Virus record (IMG/VR): IMGVR_UViG_3300032280_001176
Coordinates: 1-44,161 of that record
Length of the DNA stretch: 44,161 bases
Direction: 5' to 3' (one strand)
Origin: a virus
Taxonomy: Duplodnaviria > Caudoviricetes
The notes beneath the pieces are model-generated. The model searched no databases. It was not told where the DNA came from and was given only the letters and a program-made list of their open reading frames with translations. Both the position numbers and the translations under genes were made by a program. Of the stretch, positions 8,911-16,261 are shown in pieces; the first letter of the stretch is position 1, and each line of letters starts with the position of its first letter.

Positions 8911-8973
8911 GTGCAAACTCGGCTCAACTAGGTTAAGATATCTCAGCCAACCACCCCAACAAAAGGAAACGCC

Positions 8974-9129
8974 ATGCTCACGTACTCCATCACCGGTCAA
9001 CGGATTCAGGCGGCGCTCGAAGTGCATCTCTTGATTGGTGAGCTGTTCGTCGGTCTGTTCTCCGGCTCGTATTGCGAGGAGGTAGTGGGTAGTATTCTCA
9101 GCACGTGGGAACCGTGGATCGAAGTGTAA
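8974..9129 (+). CDS. 51-aa hypothetical protein (not in ORF track)
   Basis: promoter 8911-8939, AAGGA RBS, MLTYSITG...PWIEV*. Confidence 0.65.
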   Translation: MLTYSITGQRIQAALEVHLLIGELFVGLFSGSYCEEVVGSILSTWEPWIEV

Positions 9130-9344
9130 TCTCTCCTCAGTTGGCCTGAACGGGTCGACTGAGTCGACCCTGCTGCCGTGCAAACTCCAAGGGGCGGAGG
9201 TATGATAGAATCCTTGCCTGATTCACGAGGTTTGCTTCAGATATCTTAGACAAGCGCCATCTGAGGGTAAAAACAAGCTCACGTCTCCTGTCAATCTGAG
9301 ATCAACAGAGACGTGCAGGTGTGCAGACTGAGCTGCAGGGTCGA

Positions 9345-9362
9345 GCACCCCTTTCGGGGTGC
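9345..9362. terminator. hairpin between convergent units
   Basis: GCACCCC-TTTC-GGGGTGC. Confidence 0.6.
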
Positions 9363-9373
9363 CTTGTCAGGGG

Positions 9374-9538
9374 TTAGTACTCATCACCGTAGATGTAGTC
9401 CTTTCGAGCACGCATCGGAATCTCAACCGGAGGCTCGAGATGCTCATTGATCACCGATCGACCGACACGACGACTGAAGTTGTGGTTCCACTTCTTCGAC
9501 GTTTTCTTTTCGAGAGTCTTGTTCTTGACGAGGCTCAT
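9374..9538 (-). CDS. small basic hypothetical protein
   Basis: ATG 9538 (MSLVKNK) with AAGGAG RBS, promoter 9576-9604. Confidence 0.6.
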   Translation of the reverse strand: MSLVKNKTLEKKTSKKWNHNFSRRVGRSVINEHLEPPVEIPMRARKDYIYGDEY

Positions 9539-9583
9539 TATCGATCTCCTTCTTTGAACCACCGTTGGTGAGAATATCTTATC

Positions 9584-9823
9584 TCAGGTGAGAGCGCTTA
9601 GCACCTTCAGCACCTCAGGTGTGGTCTTGATGCGCAGGTCACCCCCTTCGTCGAAGCTGATCACTGAGCGAACTTCGTCCACCCAGAAGACGAACGCAGT
9701 CTTGTCGTACATGGCCCGCTTGATGAACTCAGAAAGTTCACCGACTTCGTAGCTGTTGTCGAGATAACCGGACGCGTGCAGGTAGGCCGCGGCCTGGATG
9801 TAGGCAGAGAACTTCTGCGTCAT
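9584..9823 (-). CDS. hypothetical protein
   Basis: promoter 9867-9895, GAGG RBS. Confidence 0.7.
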   Translation of the reverse strand: MTQKFSAYIQAAAYLHASGYLDNSYEVGELSEFIKRAMYDKTAFVFWVDEVRSVISFDEGGDLRIKTTPEVLKVLSALT

Positions 9824-9999
9824 AGAGTACCTCGCTTGTTGCGGGAACCTGAGGGGTTATAGAGATATCTTACGCTGGGGTGGAGAGCTTTGCACTCACC
9901 GCCTGATGCATCTTGCGCCCCGCGAAGTTTCCTTCGCGGTGGCCGATTTCCACCGTCCCCTCGTGAGATTATCTTAACTTGCGATTTCAGGATTTGCAC

Positions 10000-10200
10000 T
10001 TTGCGTGATCTTCGCTTGCCGTGTCTTGCGCGTGGCGCTGAAGTTAAGATAACTTGCGCCCGCTGTTCTCTGTGCGCTGAGAGTTGCGCCGTGTAAAGAG
10101 CACGCGTCTTATGTATCTCACGCCCTGCTGTGCACGGCGCAGCTCGTGCCCCGGCGTGCTCTTTCTTTCCGGTCTTTCTCCCTTTCCCTTCGACCCTGCA
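10000..10200. repeat. non-coding repeat element E1 (lacks the conserved head)
   Basis: degenerate RYRTCTYRYR units; tail CTCTTTCTTTCCGGTCTTTCTCCCTTTCCCTTCGACCCTGCA. Confidence 0.75.
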
Positions 10201-10236
10201 CCCAGGAGATATCTTACGCCCGGGAGAGAAGACGAA

Positions 10237-10264
10237 AGGGGTCACCCCCGAAGGGGTGACCCCT
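10237..10264 (-). terminator. hairpin after winged-helix paralogue 3
   Basis: AGGGGTCACCCC-CGAA-GGGGTGACCCCT, 12-bp stem, UUCG loop on the minus strand. Confidence 0.7.
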
Positions 10265-10269
10265 GCCTT

Positions 10270-10683
10270 TCAGGCGAGGAGCTCGTCGGTCGCCTTCCAG
10301 AAGATCTGGAAGTTGTTGTCCGAGAGCTTGACCGACTCCAGGAGGCCTTCGTCGCGGAAGTCGCGGAGGCACTGGAGGATGTTGTCCCGGTGGGTGCCCT
10401 TGTCGAGGCCGGAGGCCTTGAGGACATCATCGAGCCGGAAGAGGCGGTCAGTGCCACCGGCGGAGGTGAGGACCGCCTGGTACACACCGGGCTTGATGGC
10501 CTCGATCGCCTCCTTCTTGGCGGTTCGCTTCTCACCACGCTCGGCCTTCTTGGCGAAGGCGAGGGCACCGTCCTTCAGCTCGAGGAAACCACCGGTGGCG
10601 AGCTCGAAGACCTGCACCGGGGTGAGGTTCTCGATGGAGGTGTTGAGGGCAGCGAGGACAGAGGGGGAGAGGGGCTTGGCCAT
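10270..10683 (-). CDS. winged-helix-like protein, paralogue 3
   Basis: ATG 10683 MAKPLSP with GGAG RBS; promoter 10742-10770. Confidence 0.8.
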   Translation of the reverse strand: MAKPLSPSVLAALNTSIENLTPVQVFELATGGFLELKDGALAFAKKAERGEKRTAKKEAIEAIKPGVYQAVLTSAGGTDRLFRLDDVLKASGLDKGTHRDNILQCLRDFRDEGLLESVKLSDNNFQIFWKATDELLA

Positions 10684-10893
10684 GTTGGACTCCAACTTTA
10701 CTTGTTTGTTACCTTGGGGATCCTTTCCCCTTGGTGAGATTATCTTATCCAGATCCTTTTGGATTTGCACCCATCAGGATTCCGAGGGGTTGTGCTACCA
10801 CTTCGACCGCAGCCGCACCGTGACCACCGCCACCGCCGACCGCCACCGTCCCCTCGTGAGATTATTTTATCTTGAGCTCGGGACGTTTGCACC

Positions 10894-11203
10894 CGACCCT
10901 GCAGCTGAAGATATCTCAGGCTCCGTGTGGCGCTCTGGGAGCGAGATATAATAAGCGTGACGCCGAGGTGGGGATGAGTGCTGCAGGGTCGGGTTCGTCG
11001 TGGCTTGCGCTTCGCGTATCTCGCGCTTCACGTGTCTCGCGTGCCCAAGTAGGTTGAAACGCGCTTATTGCATCTTGCGCTCTGCTGTTTACACTGAATC
11101 TTACACGCGTCTGTGTATGCGACGTCTTGCGCCACGCTGAGTCCGTCGTATCTTACGCGTGCTCTTTCTTTCAGGTCTTTCTCCCTTTCCCTTCGACCCT
11201 GCA
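10894..11203. repeat. non-coding repeat element E2
   Basis: head CGACCCTGCAGCTGAAGATA...GAGATATAATAAG; repeat core; conserved pyrimidine tail ending CGACCCTGCA. Confidence 0.8.
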
Positions 11204-11286
11204 GCCGAGGAGGCCGTCCCTTTCGGGAACAGCCGAGGTCAGGTTCGAACCAGGTGGGAGCAAACCTTTGACTTAGCATTGATCAA

Positions 11287-11324
11287 CTCAGGATGTACCC
11301 CACCGAAGCAGGGTACATCCTGAG
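11287..11324 (-). terminator. 14-bp hairpin after gene 11335-11520
   Basis: CTCAGGATGTACCC-N10-GGGTACATCCTGAG. Confidence 0.6.
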
Positions 11325-11334
11325 GATTTGAGTG

Positions 11335-11520
11335 TTAGTCGATGGAGAGATCGACGGTCACCTCGGAGTTGTCAGCCCACTTCTTGAGGAACTCAGCCAG
11401 GGTGGCGACCTCGTCCGGGTTGCACAGGTTGCCACAGAGAACGGCGAGCTCTTCACCGTTGTAGTTGTCCACGACGATGGCGGTGAAGTCAGTGCCCATG
11501 TTGGTGCGGATGTTGTCCAT
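11335..11520 (-). CDS. hypothetical protein
   Basis: ATG 11520 (MDNIRT) with GGAG RBS; promoter 11564-11592. Confidence 0.65.
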   Translation of the reverse strand: MDNIRTNMGTDFTAIVVDNYNGEELAVLCGNLCNPDEVATLAEFLKKWADNSEVTVDLSID

Positions 11521-11684
11521 ATTGAACTCCGTGCTTTGGTTGGTTGGTTGGATCAACTAGATTATCATATATTGGTTACAAACCAAATACACCGATAATC
11601 CATGCATCGAGGAGATATCCTATCCTTCGGATCATCCATCCCCTCGATGATATTATCTTATCTTGATCCTGTGATATTTGCACC

Positions 11685-12023
11685 CGACCCTGCAGCTGAA
11701 GATACTTTAGGCTCCGTGCAAAATGCTGAGAGTGAGATATGATAAGAGGGACGGCGCATCTCGCGCTCTACTCATCTCGCGCTGAGCGTGGCTTGCGTGC
11801 CTCATGTGTCTTGCGCTCTACTCATCTCGCGCTTCACACAGCTCGCGCTCTGCGAACACACTACATCTCGCACACTCAGCAAACGCACACTGTGTCTTGT
11901 GCGCCGGCCGCATCTCGCGCTCTGACGTGTGCATGCTGTATCTTGCGCGCTGCAGGCAGCAAGCCGCATCTTGCGCTCGCGACCCTTTCTTTCCAGGCTT
12001 TCTCCCTTTCCCTCGACCCTGCA
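11685..12023. repeat. non-coding repeat element E3
   Basis: head CGACCCTGCAGCTGAAGATA...GAGATATGATAAGAGGGA; about 10 RYRTCTYRYRC units; conserved tail. Confidence 0.85.
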
Positions 12024-12093
12024 CCCCTTGGGTGACAGGGAGAAGAGATCGAGAACCGAGGGCCGGGGGACCGTAGCCCCCCGACCAGACTGA

Positions 12094-12426
12094 TCAGACG
12101 TCGCCCATCTCGAGGACAGTAGCCTCAGGGAAGAAGTCGTGACCGATCTTCAGGTTCTTCAGTTTGAGCTCCCGATTGTCGATCAGCTCGCAGCGAGGAG
12201 TGAAGCTCTCATCGATCCCCAGCTCCTTGGCGAAACCGTACCAGTCCTCGAGAATGTAGGTGTGAGTGACGCCCTCGACCTCGACCACGAAGATCCCGGT
12301 CCAGCCAGGGGAGAACCCCTTCTCCTCGTTCGTGTCGAGCCAGTCACCGTGGGACCAGATCTCCTTCTCATCACCACCGAAGAAGGAGGAGAGCTTGACT
12401 TCACTGTTGATCTTCAAGATCATCAT
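12094..12426 (-). CDS. hypothetical protein
   Basis: AAGGAAG RBS; promoter 12512-12540. Confidence 0.7.
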   Translation of the reverse strand: MMILKINSEVKLSSFFGGDEKEIWSHGDWLDTNEEKGFSPGWTGIFVVEVEGVTHTYILEDWYGFAKELGIDESFTPRCELIDNRELKLKNLKIGHDFFPEATVLEMGDV

Positions 12427-12544
12427 ATTGATCTTCCTTTCCTCAAGGATTTTATTTTGAGATCCAAGGAAGATATTTCCTTGGGATTTCTTTTATCTCC
12501 TTGATGAGATTATCTTAACTCGAACTTTTTAAAAAAACACCACC

Positions 12545-12875
12545 CGACCCTGAAGAAATTGTGTTAAGATCTGAGGGCGAGATATGATAAGAGGGACAAC
12601 GCATCTCGCGCTCTGAGTATCTCGCGCTCTACTCATCTCGCGCTCTGCCTGTCTCACACGCCTCATGTGTCTTGCACTCAGCGTGCTCAGTGTGTCTTAC
12701 GCGCCAGCCGCATCTTGAGCTCAGCGGAAGCATACTGTGTCTTATACGCCAGCCGCATCTTGAGCTCAACAGTGCGCACGCGAGCGTGCGCCATCTCGTG
12801 CACCCGGCCACAAGCCGCATCTTGCGCTCTGTGCTCTTTCTTTCAGGTCTTTCTCCCTTTCCCTTCGACCCTGCA
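12545..12875. repeat. non-coding repeat element E4
   Basis: head CGACCCTGAAGAAA...GAGATATGATAAGAGGGA; repeat core; conserved tail. Confidence 0.85.
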
Positions 12876-12951
12876 CACGGCGCGAAGGCGGAAAGGGAGC
12901 AGACCTCTCTCCCGGGAGAGGAGGGGGTGCTGTCCCCCCTCCTGAGATCAC

Positions 12952-13269
12952 CTACTTGACTTCGTGGACACGGTAGGGATGCTCATCCTGGGTCAGAGAA
13001 GACTGGACGATGTTGTCGAACATCCAGTCGTCGTAGTCCTCGAAGGAGGGACCAGCGTGAGTGGAGAGCTCGATCGCGTTGATCGTCGCGAGGATCTCCT
13101 CTTGAGTTCCATACCACATGTAGAACCCGCCGGTGACTTCCTCTTTGAGACCCTTGCCGCGGATTACGGCGATCATCTTGTCGAAGTCCTCCTCGGTGAG
13201 ATTCTCGATATCATAAAACTCCCAGGAGGCAAGGAAGGAATGGAGAGAAGTGGAGAGACGGTACGTCAT
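12952..13269 (-). CDS. hypothetical protein
   Basis: ATG 13269 (MTYRLS) with AGGAAG RBS; promoter 13355-13383. Confidence 0.7.
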   Translation of the reverse strand: MTYRLSTSLHSFLASWEFYDIENLTEEDFDKMIAVIRGKGLKEEVTGGFYMWYGTQEEILATINAIELSTHAGPSFEDYDDWMFDNIVQSSLTQDEHPYRVHEVK

Positions 13270-13388
13270 GTCGATCTTCCTGATTTCAAGGATTTTATTT
13301 TGAGATCCAAGGAAGATATTTCCTTGGGATTTCTTTTTATTCCTTGATGAGATTATTTTATCTTGATTTTTTATAAAAAACACCGAAT

Positions 13389-13666
13389 CGACCCTGAAGA
13401 AACTTGTGCTAAGATCCGAGAGTAAGATATGATAAGAGGGATGGCGTATCTCACACGCTGAGTATCGTGTGCTCTACCTGTCTCGCGCTCAGCGTGTCTC
13501 GCACGCCTCAAGTGTCTCGCGCTCAGCGTGTTCAGTTGAAGCATACAGTGTCTTACGCGCCAGCCGCATCTTGAGCTCAGCTGCGTGCGACATCTCGTGC
13601 AGCCGGCCGTATCTTGCGCTCCGCGCTCTTTCTTTCCAGGCTTTCTCCCTTTCCCTCGACCCTGCA
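13389..13666. repeat. non-coding repeat element E5
   Basis: head CGACCCTGAAGAAA...AGATATGATAAGAGGGA; repeat core; conserved tail. Confidence 0.85.
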
Positions 13667-13706
13667 GTGCTGAGAGATGAAAGACAAATGCGGCACAGAC
13701 ACGAGA

Positions 13707-13738
13707 GTGTGAGAAGAGGACGAAACCTCTTCTCACAC
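13707..13738 (-). terminator. 13-bp hairpin after gene 13748-14023
   Basis: GTGTGAGAAGAGG-ACGAAA-CCTCTTCTCACAC. Confidence 0.6.
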
Positions 13739-13747
13739 CCCTTTGCT

Positions 13748-14023
13748 CTACAGCAGCATCTGGGCGGGCCGGTAGGACTCAGTCTTGTCATCCCACCACT
13801 TGATGTAGACCTCGAAGCCGTCAGGGCCCCAACCGGCTTCTTCGATCTCGCCGCCAACCAGCCGGCGCGAGCCCACGGGCAGATCGACGTCTTCCGGGTG
13901 ATCGACGCGGATGTAGAGCCCCTTCCATGCCTTCATGAATTGCGCAGTGTACTTGCGCTTCCACGCGTCCAGGGCATTGTTCGCTTTGTCGATCTGAAAA
14001 GTACCATCAAACAGCGTATCCAT
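13748..14023 (-). CDS. hypothetical protein
   Basis: ATG 14023 (MDTLFDG) with GGAGG RBS; promoter variant 14041-14069. Confidence 0.7.
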   Translation of the reverse strand: MDTLFDGTFQIDKANNALDAWKRKYTAQFMKAWKGLYIRVDHPEDVDLPVGSRRLVGGEIEEAGWGPDGFEVYIKWWDDKTESYRPAQMLL

Positions 14024-14589
14024 AAACACCTCCTACTTCTATCGTAACACGGTTTGGGTTAGAAAGCACCGAGAGGTTGAACCAGCGAGAGCTCGCCTGG
14101 GGTTGACCGTTGCCACCATCCCCTCGATGATATTATCTTATCTTGACCGGTCGGGCTTTACACTCACGGGCGGTCGAGCCTGAGATGAGAGCTCGGTGTG
14201 GTTGGGAGCGCCCGGGGCTAAGATAAGCAGCTCGACAGCGCTGGAGGGGGCCCCTTCTGCAGAGTGCAGACAGCTGTGCAGAGGGCTATTAGGGGGCTAT
14301 CTGCGAGCTGTGCAGAGCGCCCGGGGCCCCCGCCCAGGGGGCGCGCTAGGCCCCCCGCCAGCCCACCGGCGGGCCCTGGTAGCACAGGCACCCCCTTAGT
14401 CCTCTCTTACTTCTCGGGAAAATCCCAACAACTTTTACTAAACCTGCGACCCACCAGCAGCACTTTTCCCCTCATCTAAAAATATAGACAACCGTAAATG
14501 GCTAAACTTGGTCAAGTCCCAAAAATTTCCGGAGAATTTTTCCAAAACTTTTTATAATTACAACATAATTAGCAAAGAGGATTAAAGTT

Positions 14590-15303
14590 ATGCAAATTAG
14601 CAGAATTAAGCTTAGACGTCTTATTAATGAAATTGTAGATTCTGTTTCGGGTAAGATAAAAGTTTATCATATGTTTGGAGATGACAGACATACTGGTCTT
14701 GAAGGTCTTGGTACTTCATTGACAAAAAATCAAGTTCTTGACAGAGTTAAGACAATTATGACAAAAGGATTTTTACCAGGAGAACTAGGTCTTTTTGGAA
14801 AAGGATTGTATGGCTTTGATGCAGATACGTTTAGAAGTTTATCTGAAGCCGGTAATTACGGAAACTACGCTTTAGAATTCGAAATTAAAGATTTTAGCAG
14901 ATATTTAGTCTTTAACTACGAAAAATCAAGAGATGTAAAAGGAGAAAATTACAGACTTATAGATCAATTTAAGTCTATGGGCATTAATCCAGAAACTGTA
15001 CTCTTTACTCACAAAGAGTCACGTGGACTGGGTGCAAGTTTATCATTTATAGAAAATAAAGTGACTGCAAGAGATTTTTCTAATGATGTGGACATGTATA
15101 ATGAAGAAGGTGATTTAGATGACAACGACGCACTTATGGAATATGTTTCAGCTTTATCAGAAAACAAGAGTCTAGGAATACATGGTTGCTTTATAAAAAA
15201 TTTCTTTGTTTGTTGGAATTTAAAAAGTGTTATTTTGACTGGATATTGCGATGATACTTTTGTAGGAGAAGTTAAACCGCTTCCTAATATCGCTATGCAA
15301 TGA
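14590..15303 (+). CDS. putative ADP-ribosyltransferase (PARP-like fold)
   Basis: VYH...IMTKGF...LFGKGLYGF...S...YGNY.LEF resembles the H-Y-E ART catalytic motif order; N-terminal leader. Confidence 0.55.
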   Translation: MQISRIKLRRLINEIVDSVSGKIKVYHMFGDDRHTGLEGLGTSLTKNQVLDRVKTIMTKGFLPGELGLFGKGLYGFDADTFRSLSEAGNYGNYALEFEIKDFSRYLVFNYEKSRDVKGENYRLIDQFKSMGINPETVLFTHKESRGLGASLSFIENKVTARDFSNDVDMYNEEGDLDDNDALMEYVSALSENKSLGIHGCFIKNFFVCWNLKSVILTGYCDDTFVGEVKPLPNIAMQ

Positions 15304-15317
15304 TAAAAAGTAAAAAT

Positions 15318-15347
15318 CGCGCCGCAAATGCGGCGCGTTTCTTTTTT
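15318..15347 (+). terminator. rho-independent terminator
   Basis: CGCGCCGC-AAAT-GCGGCGCG followed by TTTCTTTTTT. Confidence 0.8.
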
Positions 15348-15504
15348 CACACAAAAATTTCCGGAGAATTTTTCCAAAACTTTTTCGAAACATGCGATCA
15401 TCTGTAGGGGGCATGACGAGAGTAAATCAGGCGAAATTCATCTTATTTTTATTTTTTAATCTGATTAACATATTTAGTCTGTATTAATTTTGAATAGGAC
15501 ACAT

Positions 15505-16239
15505 ATGAAATTAACAAAAGCGCAACTTAGAAAGCTTGTCCGGGCAAATCTTTCAGAAACTCCTTTGATGGACATTCTTCCATTTAAAAACAAGCGGGAT
15601 GATTCGATTAACGTTAGCCCCCGCGCCGGCTCATCGATCGGTTATAGAATTCCTTCAAAAATAAAAGGATCTGAAATAGACAGAAGAAAGCAATTTACTG
15701 ATGCTGCAAAGTTTTTTCTCGAAGATTCAGAAGATAATTGGTACATCATTGTGCTAAAAAATGTTGGACAAGACAAGAACCTTGCTTCTGATACCGTAAA
15801 TTCTCCTGATTTTAAGCAGTGGATAAGTTCTTTGAACATTCCTAAAAAATCTAAAATTCTTGTTGTTGGGCGATCGTCATATTTAGGAGACTTTCTTGCT
15901 CCTGAGTGGCAAATAGTTCATGACATCATCGGGCACACAATTGATTCGTACTATATGCCAAACATTAAATTCTTCAAAGGCTACCAACATTTGCATGGAG
16001 AAATTACTTGGACAACATTGCCAGATGAGTTTAAGATTGCAAAAAGTGATATTGACGATAGGCTTCCAGATATTTTTGCTGCAATCTTTGCAAACAAATT
16101 TGACAGGGAAAAAGCAGTTTCTTTGCTCAATTCAATCAACAAACCAGGCGAAGAGCTTTGCGATGCGCTTTATAATATTGTTGAGTTATGGAAAATGTCA
16201 ATTCCCTATGATAAGCCCACTATAATTTATCCATTTTAA
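15505..16239 (+). CDS. hypothetical protein with HDxxGH motif (tandem paralogue A)
   Basis: MKLTKAQLRK leader; APEWQIVHDIIGH; highly similar to 16262-17044. Confidence 0.8.
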   Translation: MKLTKAQLRKLVRANLSETPLMDILPFKNKRDDSINVSPRAGSSIGYRIPSKIKGSEIDRRKQFTDAAKFFLEDSEDNWYIIVLKNVGQDKNLASDTVNSPDFKQWISSLNIPKKSKILVVGRSSYLGDFLAPEWQIVHDIIGHTIDSYYMPNIKFFKGYQHLHGEITWTTLPDEFKIAKSDIDDRLPDIFAAIFANKFDREKAVSLLNSINKPGEELCDALYNIVELWKMSIPYDKPTIIYPF

Positions 16240-16261
16240 TCTTATTTTGAAGAGGACGCAT

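Larger units (their letters stand above)
708..14163. promoter_or_regulatory. family of about 29 sigma70-like (putative phage early) promoters, GTG(C/T)AA-N17-TA(A/G/T)GAT
   Basis: Plus-strand copies (-35 start to -10 end): 708-736, 1267-1295, 1786-1814, 2191-2219, 2721-2749, 2929-2957, 8282-8310 (perfect TATAAT), 8593-8621, 8911-8939, 9178-9206. Minus-strand copies: 3647-3675, 4350-4378, 5357-5385, 5748-5776, 6088-6117, 6587-6615, 6880-6908, 7227-7256, 8082-8110, 8211-8239, 9576-9604, 9867-9895, 9971-9999, 10742-10770, 10864-10892, 11564-11592, 11655-11683, 12512-12540, 13355-13383, 14041-14069, 14135-14163 (a few have a variant -35). Spacer is 17 nt (18 in two copies). Orientation matches the downstream gene. 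Confidence 0.85.
14521..15385. repeat. 33-bp direct repeat (14521-14553 and 15353-15385) with a near-palindromic core
   Basis: AAAAATTTCCGGAGAATTTTTCCAAAACTTTTT occurs twice, flanking the ART-like gene. Confidence 0.8.

Noticed and set aside
7551-10951. Long plus-strand ORFs 7551-8222, 10084-10737 and 10130-10951
   Set aside because: They are shadow frames of paralogues 2 and 3 in GC-rich DNA, and they run across promoters and terminators.
11685-13666. CRISPR-like mini arrays or protein-coding ORFs within the E elements (for example 11739-12035, 12667-12945, 13469-14047)
   Set aside because: Units are about 11 bp, degenerate and irregularly spaced. The ORFs lack an RBS, have low-complexity translations and are not frame-conserved between copies.
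1-14450. Integron, IS element or prophage attachment site
   Set aside because: No integrase, transposase or attC-type GTTRRRY/RYYYAAC structure was recognisable in the window.
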